Assembly (NCBI RefSeq): GCF_020745735.1
Contig: NC_083409.1
Location: 15,471,873 to 15,535,872, forward strand
Direction of reading: 5' to 3'
Source: Hemiscyllium ocellatum
Lineage: Eukaryota
DNA: 64,000 bases
This document shows, piece after piece, positions 51,020 to 63,252 of this stretch (positions are counted from its first letter, which is position 1; each line of letters opens with the position of its first letter). Under the pieces are notes generated by a model. The model made no database searches. It was not told the origin of the DNA and saw only the letters and a program-made list of their open reading frames with translations. A program made the translations under genes and the position numbers.

Positions 51020-53850
51020 ACTGCACCGTGGGCCAGGAGGCCATTCAGGCTGGGGGAGCACAAAGGAAAGAGGGGGATTTGATAATGAGGGGCACTGATA
51101 GCATCCTTTGTGAGCAGGATTGAGTGTCCTGCATGGTGTGTTGCCTGCCTGGTGCCAAGATAAGGGGCATCTCGAACCAGCTTGAAAGTATAATGGCGTG
51201 CGGGGGGTGGGGGAAATGGGGGAGGATCTAGTTGTTGTGTGTGTTGGGACCAACAACCTCAGTGAAAATTGGCAAAAGGTCATATTTGGGCAATATCAGG
51301 AAAGCTATCAGAAGAGAGAAATAAGAAAGAGGTGAATACAGCATCAGTGCTGAGGAACAGATTCCAGTGAATGGACCAAATACGAGTTTGAAATATACGA
51401 ATGCACTGAGTGTAAGGAATATATTCAATAATCTGCACACACAAATTCAAATTTAAGATTTTGCTATAGGATCAATTACTGAGACATATTTACAGAATCG
51501 TTAGGATTGGGAACTAAATATATCCGGTTAGAAGGTTCACAGGATGGACATGGGGAAATGACAGAAGAGGTGGAGCAGATTTATTGATTAGAAACACAAA
51601 GACTTCAATGGTGAGGGAGGTTATAATGAGGGGAAAGCATTCAGTGCAACTGAGGAGCAGAAAAGGATCTAAAACTGTCATAGATATTGTGTGCACCACC
51701 CCCCAACCCCCCACCCCTCAGACACACACACACACACACACATTCAGCAGCAGCTCTGAGGTGCTGGATTGTATATATACAGAAATTAGACAAGTGTGCA
51801 GCAAAACACAATGCTTCTCTCACAATGATATGAGAGAAAAACCAGGAAATTACAGGTCATTAAGTGTATTATTCATGGGGAGGTTTAACTTTAACTTAGA
51901 TTGGGAGACAGACAAGCCCTCTGTCAGAAATTGCTGCTGTGTGTCCAGAATAGTTTCCAACAGCAATAGGTTCTGGATACAGCAAGGGGACCAGCAATAT
52001 TGGAATTAGTAATGAATAATGAGCCAGATTTAGTTCGTAACTATTTGTGCATGAATATTTATCAAATAGTGATCATAACATGATCGAGTTCAGTGTCGCA
52101 TTTGAAAATAAAAAGCATGAATCAGCTGCTAGAATTTGAGATAAAGGTAAGGGCCGACTTTAACGAGATGCGTCAGAGACTGTCCATAGTAAACTGGGAA
52201 AATCTGCTCATGGGTAAAACAACTGAAGAACAGTGGGGAATATTTAAAGGAACATTCAACATAACACAAAGCCAGTTTATACCTGAGAGGGAAAAGCTCC
52301 ACTTCTTAGAACAAACAACAATGGACAATTAAAGAGATAAGGAAAAGACAAGGGTTTACAATAAAGCAAATAAAATAACAGGTTCTGCTGAATGGGAACG
52401 ATACAAAGGGCCACAATGTAGCTAAGAGCCACCAAAAGGGATACTGAAAGGGAACATGTAAGGGAAATCAAAATCAATAAGGAGAAATGTTACAGTTCCA
52501 TAAAAGGGGAGCTGGGAGGTCAGGAGCAATGTTGGCCATTTTAAAACTGAAAATGAGGGATCTTGTCAGTGACAATGGGGAGATGACAGCCCTGTTAAAT
52601 AAATACTTTACCTCAAGATTTGCACTAGAAAAAGAAAAGGATTTGCCTGAATTCCCAAAGGAAATAACAGAGGATCAGGTACAGGGACTGAATAAAATTT
52701 CATGTCAGTAAAATATCCGTAATGAGGAAATTAATGGAACTAAAGAGTGACAAATTCACAGAACCTAGGTTTCCATCTGAGGGTGATAAAGGTAGTAACA
52801 GATCACAGTGTAGACACCCTGACTATAATCTTTCAGAATGATTCCTGATGAAGGGCTCAAGCCCGAAACATCGATTCTCCTGCTCCTTGGATGCTGCCTG
52901 ACCTGCTGTGCTTAACCAGCAACACATTTTCAGCTATAATCTTTCAGAGTTCCCTGGATACAGCATACCTCTGGACTGGAAAATTGCAAATATCACCTCA
53001 TATTTAACAATGATGTGACAGAAAAAACAGGAAATTACAGGTCATTAAGCCAATATTTGTGGTGTGGAAATTGTTGGGATCTATAATCAAGGATTGGTGG
53101 TAACTGAAGACCTTGAAAATGTTCAGTTAATCAGGGAGAATCAGCATGGATTCATGACAAGTTGGTCACACTGAAAGAAATCTCATTGAACATTTTTGAA
53201 GAGGATACAAAAGTCCTGGACACAGTAATGTCAATCGATGTTGTTTACAGGGACTTCCAGAAGGCATTTGATAAAGTCCCATGTAAGAAACCGTCAACTG
53301 AGGTAGAAATCCACAGAACTGAGGCTAAAGTACTGACACACTTGGAAATTGGTTGAGTGACAGGTGACTGACAGTAGGGATAATGGGTAAGTGCTGAAAT
53401 TGGCAGGATTTCCAATAGGAAATGGTGTCCAATAGGAATGCGTATTTACGCCTCAGTTAGTTAGGCACAGTGGTTAGCACCGCTGCCTCACAGCGCCTGA
53501 GACCCAGGTTCAATTCCCAACTCAGGCGACAGACTGTGTGGAGTTTGCACGTTCTCCCCGTGTCTGCGTGGGTTTCCTCCGGGAGCTCCCGTTTCCTACC
53601 ACAGTCCAAAGATGTGCAGGTCAGGTGAATTGGCCATGCTAAATTGCCTGTAGTGTTAGGTAAGGGGTAAATGTAGAGGTATGGGTGGGTTGCGCTTCGG
53701 CAGGTCGGTGTGGACTTGTTGGGCCGAAGGGCCTGTTTCCACGCTGTAAGTAATCTAATCTAATCTAATATTTATTAATGACTTGGATAATGGCATAGAA
53801 AGTCAGATATTCTAGTTTTCTAATGATACAAAGTTAGGCAGCATTGTAGA
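51020..53850 (+). mobile_element. Old degenerate CR1 LINE (esterase remnant, endonuclease, RT) with nested inserts
   Basis: VCVGTNN, ITETYLQ, VVYRDFQKAFDKVPC; nested HE1 SINE at 53464-53769. Confidence 0.75.
52838..52933 (+). mobile_element. 96-bp Penelope-derived insert with hammerhead motif and 15-bp TSD
   Basis: ctataatctttcaga at 52823-52837 and 52934-52948; ATTC-CTGATGA-A-GGGC-TCAA-GCCC-GAAAC-ATC. Confidence 0.87.
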
Positions 53851-54071
53851 TAGTGTCAATAGAGTCAGAGAGTTATACAGCATTCATCCAGTGCAGTCTT
53901 TAACAGAGTATAATTTATCTTTGATATACAACTCCTTAACCTCCATCTCTATCTTGCTCTCTCTCCCCTCTCCGCTCCCACCTCCCCCACCCGCCTGAGC
54001 TGCACAGATCTATTTGAATTCCACCCTTCTTTCTCTCTCCAAGCTCTATCCTCCACTCTCTCAGTTCTCTG

Positions 54072-54111
<40 letters not shown>

Positions 54112-54989
54112 CTTGAACTTCATCTCTCTCTCTTTCTGAACTCCACCCCTCTCTCAATTTGAGCTGCTGGGAGTCTGATCTGAGCGAATGCCAGTGAATC
54201 CCATGGAGAATAATGACGGGATATTTGGAGTGGGAGTTTGATGATGGAAATGTGAACCATTGCAGCAAAGACATTACAGATGATTTGTACAGACAGCAAA
54301 GCCCAAACCAGAGCATTGTGTCAATCAACATAGAACTTATGAAAGCTTCAATACAAATGGTTATTAATGTGATTCTCAGAGATGTGTCATTATTCTAGTT
54401 ACAAATGGCTCTTTCCCAGTGAAGGTCCATCCTGCTGAATATTAGATACAGTTGGGCTTTGGAGAGATATTGGGCAGATGGAGTGTAATGTGGGGGAGTG
54501 TGACCTTGTTCGCTTTCACAATAATCATTCAAATGTGACTGGAGCATTGCTCAGTCCAAATAGCAAGACTTGCCATTGGGTATAATCCATTAGGTGTGAT
54601 AAATACAGAAACTCACTTAGTTCTAGTTGTCAGTGAGTTCTTGTCAACATTCTTTTAATAAATCAATTTTTGACAAGAACAAAAGATTGTCTCTTCACTC
54701 TGAGGCTGTGCCCTTGGGTCTTCAACTCTCCTATCATTGGAAACATCTTCTCCATGTCCACTGGATCCAGGCCTCTCTGTATTCTATAAGTTTCAAAGTC
54801 ATTCTGAAATATCCTTCCAAGCTCCATCAAGTACAGAACCAAAGTCCTCAATAACTCCTCATACAAACATCTTTCTATTTTCTGTGCAACCTCACTAACT
54901 AAACCTGTTGATCTTTTTCCAGATGCAAAAATACAGTGTCTGAATTCTCTAATACCTCTGAATGTGTTCATCTAATAACAGGAGGTTTA

Positions 54990-56997
54990 CTTTGGGAATT
55001 GTCCAGTTCTTTTTTGATCTCAAGCGTTTTCTGATCCCCTGCACCATTATACTTACTACTTGACAAACATGTACATGACTGAATGGTTCCTCAAAAACTG
55101 GGAGAGGAATTAAGGATGCTGGTTTTATGTTGAGGTTTACCTACAAATTGACAAGTAGGACACATTTTATAAAACTGCACCATATCTTTATCCAATTTTG
55201 GCTCAGTAAAATACCTGTTTCTGGATGCCTATGTTTTCCTAATCCCCATGTGACCTGCCATGGGAGTCTCATGTGCCCCTTGTACTATCTCCCTATGATA
55301 GCTGGGTGGGACCTCTAGCCAATATCTAACCGACCATTCTTCATCTGGGGGTACATGAGGGGGTGGGGGGGAGGTCTCCACTGCCTCATCAGCGCTCCAT
55401 TCTGAAGGTAATAACACTCTTAAACCCCTCCAGCCTCAACCTCAGTATGAGCTGACTGTGCTCATTTATTTCATTCAGGATCTGCTTTTTGGATCTGGTG
55501 TAATTAGGAACATCATACCAAACACTCCTCCTGGATTATCTTCACCCTTTCGGAAATTTTTAGCAATCTTTTCACTTGCTGTGATGTCACATCAACCCTT
55601 ACTGATGGATTTTGTTTAACCATTGCCCTGGTTACCTCACACGAAGGAGAGAGACCAGGAACCTGTTCCTGTCATTGTTCTGTTTCTTGGCCCTCCTTTG
55701 GACATTCTGTAATTATCGGGGAAGATACTGCCTTTAATCCTGACAAAACATTCCCCAGAAGAAAATCAACTCCCTCAACAGGGAATGTTTTCCCCACTCC
55801 GACAATTACTTCTCCTGATAACAAATTGCATTCCAGTTGTACCTTTCAGAATGGAAGCGGAATATATTCTCCACCAATCCCATTGATTAATACCTTAGCT
55901 CCCATCGAGCTCTGCGGAGGGAATATCAATTCTTTCTCCAGTAAAAGTGATTGTGTTGCTCCTGTATCTCTCAGTTTGGTTCTGGGTTTAGCTGAAGAAA
56001 AGGGAGTCACAATTCCTTTTAAAAACAATCCTGTCCACCTCTCATCTACCTTCCAACTTCCTTTACTAATGACAGAATTTACCTCAGTCTTTTTGTTATA
56101 GTTACAGCTACAACCTGCTCTGTGGGATTATCTGTCTGTGTTCCCTTCTCTGACTCATTTTTACGAACTCCCATAAATCCCATGGGTTTACCTCACAAGT
56201 TTCAACATTCCAAACATACATGGCCCACCTTATTCCAAGAGAAACATTTCAGCTTCTGATCATCACTTCCACCCTCAGCAATTTCCTTTTTCATCTGAGA
56301 AGGAGTTCTTGGGCTGTTCCCTCCTGTCCACTCTCTCCCCTGGCTACCTGCCTTCCTCACACTCTCCCAATTTTTATGTTTCTCCCATTTCTGGGCCTGA
56401 TGGGAAAAAGGTTTCTGGATCGGTCTCCCATCAGGTGACTTCTCCACCACCTGATGCTGCTTGGCTTGTTGTGCTCTTCCAGCCTCCTGTTTGTCTACTT
56501 TGGATTCCAGCATCTGCAGGGTTTTGGCTTTAACAAAGTCTATCATCATTAGCCATTATAGCTGTTTGTCTTACTATTGTTCCCCTTTGGTCTTCTTCAT
56601 GAATTCTAATTCTAGAAGTGAAGGACGTTATAAATTCTTCTCAAAGGATAACTTCTCTGAGAGCATTGTAAGTATTCTCAGCTGTTAATGTTCTTATCCA
56701 CCTGTCAGCATTATTTTGTTGAACTCTCTTAAACTCAGTAGAGGTTTGTCCAGGTTGTCTGTGTAAGTTCTGAAACATCTGTCTGTATGTTTCTGGGACC
56801 AACTCATATGTGCTTAGAATAGCTGTTTTCACCTCCTCATGATCCTGAGAACATTCCTCTGACAGGGATGTAGAAACCTCTTGTGCTTCCCAAGTTCATT
56901 TTTGCATGGGCAAGGTCCAACCTGTTTTTCCCACCTCACTTGTGTTGCTATCTTCACTAACGACATGAACAATGCTTCCACGTCCTTCTCTTCATTG
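54990..56997 (-). mobile_element. Degenerate Ty3/Gypsy LTR retrotransposon, Gmr1-like (gag, CCHC, protease, integrase)
   Basis: AILSTYELVPETYRQMF (gag), CFSWNKVGHVCLEC (knuckle), LRDTGATQS (protease), HETPMAGHMGIRKT and CPTCQFVGKP (integrase zinc finger). Confidence 0.85.
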
Positions 56998-56999
56998 TC

Positions 57000-59060
57000 A
57001 TAGAGTCATACAACAAATAAATAGGCCCTTCTGTTTGTCGACATGTCGATGCCAATCAGTAATCACCAAACTCCATTTACCTGCTCTTGGTCCATAGCCT
57101 CCCATGCCCTGGCATTTTTTGTGCTCATCTGGATGTTTCTTAAATGTTGTGAGAGGAGCTTCCTCCACCACCTTCTCAAACAGCACATTCCATATTTCTA
57201 CCACCCTCTGGGGAAAGAAGTTCTCAAAACCCCTCTAAACCACTTTTCCACACGGTATGCTTATTCCTTCTGGTCATAGACATGTCTGACATGGGGAAAA
57301 GATTCTCACATTTGACTTTGTCTATGCCTTTCATATTTTTGTATATCTCAATCAGATTCCCCCCAGAGAAAACAAACCCAGTCTATCCAGTCTCTCCTCA
57401 GAACTAACATTTTCCATCCCAGGGAATATTCTGGTTAATCTCCTCTGCATCCTCTCCAGTCCATCATGTTCTTCCAACAGTGTCATAACCAGAAATGTGC
57501 ACAATATTCCAGACATGACCTAAGCAATGCTCTATCAGGTAACAACAAGAATTCTTCCTTTCTATATTCTACACCCTGGCTAATGATGACAAGCATCCCA
57601 TATGCTTTCTTCACCACCCAGTCGAGTTGATGCCTTCTGGGATTGATGGACTTGTACACCAAGGTCCCTTTGTTCCTCAGTACTCCCAAGGAACATAAGA
57701 ACATAAGAACTAGGAGCAGGAGTAGGCCATCTAGCCGTTTGACCCTGCTCTGCCATTCAAGAAGACCATGGTTGATCTTTTCATGGACTCAGTTCCACAT
57801 AAGACCTAAAGACATAGGAGTGGAAGTAAGGCCATTTGGCCCATCGAGTCCACTCCGCCATTCAATCATGGGTGATGGGCATTTAAGGCCAGTTACCCAC
57901 ACTCTCCCTGTAGCCCTTAATTAATTGCAAGATTATGAATTTATCAATCTCTGCCTTGAAGACATTTAATATCTCCACCACCACTGCGCTCTGTGGCAAT
58001 GAATTCCACTCTCTAGCTGAAGAAATGTCTCCTCAGTTCCATTTTGAACTGACCCCCTCTAACTCTAAGGAGGTGCCCACGGATGCTAGTATCCCTACCT
58101 AACGGAAACAATTTCCCAGCATCCAACCTTTCAAAGCCATGCATTATCTTGTAAGTTTCTATCAGACCTCCCCTCAACCTTCTAAACTCGAATGAATACA
58201 ATCCCAGGATCCTCGGTCATTCATCATATATTAGGCTTAACATTCCAGGGCTCATCCGTGTAAATCTCCACTGGACACGGTCCAGTCCCAGTATGTTCTT
58301 TCTGAGGTGTGGGGCCTAAAACTGGAACCAGTGCTTCAAATGGGGCCTAACTAGAGCTTTATAAAGTCTCAGTAGCACATCTCATTTTACATTCCAATCC
58401 TCTTGAGATAAATTACAACATTACATTTGCTTTCTTAACCACAGACTCAACCTGCAAGTGAATCCTGAGAGAATCCAGGACTAGCATTCCTAGATCCCTT
58501 TGTACTTTGGCTTTCGGAATTTTCTCACTGTTTAGAAAATAGACCATGCCTGTATTATTTTTGCTAAAGTGCAAGATCTGTAATTTGCTCTCTCTGTATC
58601 TCTTAATTCCTTTGTTGTTCAAAAAAAAAGTCTTAGCTTTAAAACATTTACTGAAGGAGCATCAATTTCTTCATTGAGCAAGGAATTTCATAGATTTATG
58701 ACCCTCTGGGTGAAGATGTTCCTTCTCAATTCAATCCTAAATCTGCTCCCTCTAATTTTGAGGCGAAACCCTCTTGTTTTAGTTTCACCTGCCAGTGGGA
58801 ACATCCTCTCTACTTCTGTCTTATCTATTCTCTTTATAATTTTATTTGTTTCTATAAGGTTCCCCTCATTCTTCTAAGATCCAATGAATATATCCCAGTC
58901 GACGCAGTCTCCCTTCATAAGCCAACCCCCTCCACCCCAGAATCAGCCTAGTGAACTTTCTCTGCACTCCTCTAGTGCCAGTATAGCCTTTTTCAAGTAA
59001 GGAGACCATTACTGCACGCAGTGCTCCAGGTGTGGCCTCACTAGCACCCTGTACAGCTGC
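57000..59060 (-). mobile_element. Several CR1 LINE 3' fragments in tandem
   Basis: FRRLRGGLIETYKIM, LRRHFFS, and (acataaga)n tails at 57693-57820. Confidence 0.85.
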
Positions 59061-59169
59061 AACAGGCTTCCAATCACAAAGACAACCCTCCACCATCACT
59101 CTTTGCCTCATATTTGGATCCAATTTGCCAAAATGCCTTGGATCCCATGGGCTCTGACCATTACTCCAG

Positions 59170-62100
59170 GAAAGGCAAGAAAGGGAGGCAAGTAGTGCAG
59201 GAGTCTTCTGTGGCTATTCCCATTTCAAACAAGAATGCTGTTTTGGAAAATGTAGGGGGTGATGGAAACTCAGGGGTACTTAGCATTAGCATGAGCAGCC
59301 AAGTTTCTGGTATTGGCACTGGCTCTAATGTAATGGGAGGTACGTCGGGTCCCAAATGATTGACTGTGTTAGGGGACTCTGTAGCCCGAGGTACAGACAG
59401 ACGTTTCTATGGCCAGCAGTGAAAAATCAGAATGGTGTGTTGCTTCCTGGTGCCAGGATCAAGGATGTCTCAGGGAGGGTGCAGAATGTTCTTAAGGTGG
59501 AGAGGGACCAGCAGGAGGTCATTGTACACTTTGGAACCAACGACATAGGAAGGGAAAAGGTTGAAATTCTGAAGGGAGATTGCAGAGAGTTAGGCAGGAA
59601 TTTAAAAAGGAGGTCCTCAAGAGTAGTAATGTCTGAATTACTCCTGGTGCTATGATCTAGTGAGGGCAGGAATAGGAGGATAGAGCAGATGAATGCATGA
59701 CTGAGGAGCTGGTGTTCGGGAGAAGGATTCTCATTTTTGGATCTTTGGAAGCTGTCTTGAGGTAGAAGTTACCTGTACAAGAAGGACAGATTGCACCTAA
59801 ATTGGAAGGGGACTAATATACTGGCAGGTAAATTTGCCAGAGCTGCTCGAGAGGATTTAAACTAGTAAGGTGGGCGGGTGGGACGCAGGGAGATAGTGAG
59901 GAAAGATTTCAACCTGAGATTGGTACAGTTGAGAACAAAGGGAAGTCAAACAGTCAGGGCAGGCGGGGACAAAGCAGAGAACAAGGTAAGGCTGATAAAT
60001 TAAACTGCATTTATTTCAGTGCACGAGGCCCAACAGGGAAGGAAGATGAACATAGGGTGTTGTTAGGAATATGGGACTGGGACATCATAGCAATTACAGA
60101 AATATGGCTCGGGGATGGACAGGACTGGCTGTTTCATGTTCTAGGATACAAAAGCTACGGGAAGGACAGAAAGGGAGGCACAAGAGGAGGGAGAGTGGCA
60201 TTTTTGATAAGGGATAGCATTACAGCTGTGCTTAGGGAGGATATTCCCAGAAATACAGCCAGGGAAGTTATTTGGATGGAACTGAGAAAAAAGAAGGGGA
60301 TGATCACCTTGTTAGGATTATATTATAGCCCCCCTCCAACAGTCAGCGGGAAATTGAGAAACAAATTTGTAAGGAGATTTCAGCTATCAGTGGTTATACT
60401 CCGGGATTTTAACTTTCCAAACATAGACTGGGACTGCCAAAGTGTTAAGGGTTCAGATGGAGAGGAATTTGTTAAGTGCGTACAAGACAATTTTCTGATT
60501 CAGTATGTGGATGTACCTACTAGAGAAGGTGCAAAGCTCGACCTACTCTTGGAAATAATGCAGGGCAGGTGACTGAGGTGTCAGTGGAGGAGCACTTCTG
60601 GTCAGCGACCATAATTCTATTCATTTTAAAATAGTGATGGAAAAGGATAGACCAGATCCAGAAGTTGAAGTTCTAAATTGGAGGAAGGCTAATGTTGCCT
60701 GTATCAGGCAAGAACTCTGAAAAGCTGATTGGGGGCAGTTGCTCACAGGTAAAGGGACAGCTGGAAAAAGGGAAGCCTTCAGAAATGAGATAATTTGAGT
60801 CCAGAGATAGTATATTCTAGTTACGGTGAAAGGAAAGGCTGGTAGGTGTAGGGAATATTGGATGATGAGAGAAGTTGAGGGTTTGGTTAAGAAAAAGAAT
60901 GAAGCATATGTCAGGTATAGACAGGATAGATTGAGTGAATCCTTAGTGATATACAAAGGCAGTAGGAGTAAACTTAAGAGGGAAATCAGGAGGGAAACAA
61001 CATGAGAATGCTTTGGCAAATCGGGTTAAGGAGAATCCAGAGGGATTTTATGAATACATTAAGGACAAGAGGGTAACTAAGGAGAGAATAGGGCCCCTCA
61101 AAGATCAGCAAGACGACCTTTGTGTGGATCCGCAGGAGATGGGGCAGATACCAAATGAGTATTTTACTTCACTTTAACTGTGGAGAAGGACATTGAAGAT
61201 ATAGAATGCAGGGAAATAGATGGTGATATCTTGAAAAACGTTCATATTACAGACGACGAGGTGCTAAATGTCTTGAAATGCATAAAAGTGGATAAATCCC
61301 CAGGACCGAATTAGGTGTATCCTACGAATCTGTGGGAAGCTAGGGAAGTGATTACTGGGCCTCTTACTGTGATATTTGTATCCTCAATGGTCACAAATGA
61401 TGTGCCAGAAGACTGGAGGTTCACTAATTGGTGCCACTATTTAAGAAAGGTAAGGACAAGCCAGGGAATTGTAGACCAGTCAGCCAGACGTCGATTGTGA
61501 GGAAGTTATTGAAAGGAATCCTGAGGGACAGATTGTCCATATATTTGGAAAGGCAAAGACTGATTAGGGATAGTCAGCATGGTTTTGTGTATGGGAAATG
61601 ATGTCTCACAAACTTGATTGAGTTTTTTGAAGAAGTAACAGAAAGAATTGATGAGGGCAGAGCGTTAGACAGGATCTGCATGGACTTAAGTAAGACATTC
61701 AACAAGGTTCCCATGGAAGATTGGTTAGCAAGGTTAGATCTCATGGAATACAGTTAGAACTAGCCATTTGGATACTGAACTGGCTCAAAGGTAGAAGACA
61801 GGGTGGTGGTGGAGTGTTGTTTTTCAGACTGGAGGACTGTGACCAGTGGAGTGTCATAAGGATTGGTGCTGGGGCAACTACTTTTTGTCATTTACATAAA
61901 TGATTTGGATGTGAACATACGAGGTAGAGTTAGTAAGTTTGCAAATGACACCAAAATTGGAGGTGTAGTGGACATCAAGAAGGTTACCTCAGATTATAAC
62001 AGGATCTTGATCCGATGGGCCAATGGGCTGAGGAATGACAGATGGAGTTTAATTTAGGTAAATGCAAGGTGCTGCAGTTAGGGAAGCAAATCTTAGCAGG

Positions 62101-63170
62101 ACTTACACACATAATGGTACGGTTCTCGGGAATGTTGCTGAACAAAGAGACCTTGGAGTGCATGTTCATAGCTCCTTAAAAGTACAGTCGTAGGTAGATA
62201 GGATAATGAAGAAGACATTTGGGATGCTTTCCTTTATTGGTTAGAGTATTGAGTATCGGTGTTGGGAGGTCACCTAAACCACTTTTGGAGTATTGCGTTA
62301 AATTCTGGTCTCCTTCCGATCAGAAAGATGTTGTGAAACTTGAAAGGGTTCAGAAAAGATTTATAAGGATGTTACCAGGGTTGGAGGATTTAAGCTATAG
62401 GGAGAGGTTAAATAACTGGGGATGTTTTCCCTGGAGTGAGGGGTGACCTTACAGAGGTTTACAAAATCATGAGGGGCCTGGATAGGGCAAAGAGGCCAAG
62501 TCTTTTCCCTGGGGTGGTGGAGTCCAGGAATAGAGGGCATGGGTTTAGGGTAAAAGGGGAAAGATATAAAAGAGCTGAAAATGTGCTGCTGGTTAAGGCG
62601 CAGCAGGTCAGGCAGCATTCAAGGAACAGGAAATTCGACGTTTCGGGCAAAAGCCCTTCATCAAGAATGAAGCCCTTCATCTTCATCAAGATATAAAAGA
62701 GACTTACGGAGCAACATTTTCACACAGAGGGTGGTGCGAGTGTGGAATGGGCTGTCAGAGGAAGTGGTGGAGGCTGGTACAATTGCAACATTTAAAAGGC
62801 ATCTGGATGGGTATATGAATAGGAAGGTTCTGGATCAGTGGTGCTAGAAGAGCACAGCAATTCAGGCAGCATCCAAAGTGCAGCGAAATCGACCTTTCGT
62901 GCAAAAGCCCTTCATCAGGAATAAGCCTGAAACGTCGATTTCGCTGCACTTTGGATGCTGCCTGAACTGCTGTGCTCTTCCAGCACCGCTGATCCAGAAT
63001 CTGGTTTCCAGCATCTGCAGTCATTGTTTTTACCTCGATGAATTAGAAGTGTTTGGCGGGATCTGGGTCAGGTGTTGGCAGGTGGGACTAGATTGGGTTG
63101 GGATATCTGGTCGGTATGGACAAGTTGGACCAAAGGGTCTGTTTCCATGCTGTACACCTCTATGACTCTA
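59170..63170 (+). mobile_element. Near-full-length degenerate CR1 LINE: ORF1 SGNH/GDSL esterase, ORF2 APE and RT, 3' UTR
   Basis: LPGARIKDV...VIVHFGTNDIG (esterase), DIIAITEIWL...GLYYSPP...DFNFPNIDW (APE), LLFVIYINDLD...SKFANDTK (RT). Interrupted by Penelope-derived inserts at 62575-62687 and 62828-63037. Confidence 0.9.
62633..62668 (-). ncRNA. Minimal type-I hammerhead motif (family A) in an insert with 14-bp TSD
   Basis: ATTC-TTGATGA-A-GGGC-TTTT-GCCC-GAAAC-GTC-GAAT; stems I and II perfect, C3 changed to U. TSD aagatataaaagag at 62561-62574 and 62688-62701. Confidence 0.65.
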
Positions 63171-63252
63171 TGATTCGAGGAGGAGGCTGTTCAGCCCCTT
63201 GTGTCAGTACTAGCTGTTTACTAAACTCACTCACAATGAACATCTCCGTTGA

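Noticed and set aside
51836-53050. ~29-bp near-duplicate gaaaaa(c/a)caggaaattacaggtcattaag at 51836 and ~53021
   Set aside because: A CR1-internal motif (GNYR) repeated within a rearranged CR1; no evidence of independent function.
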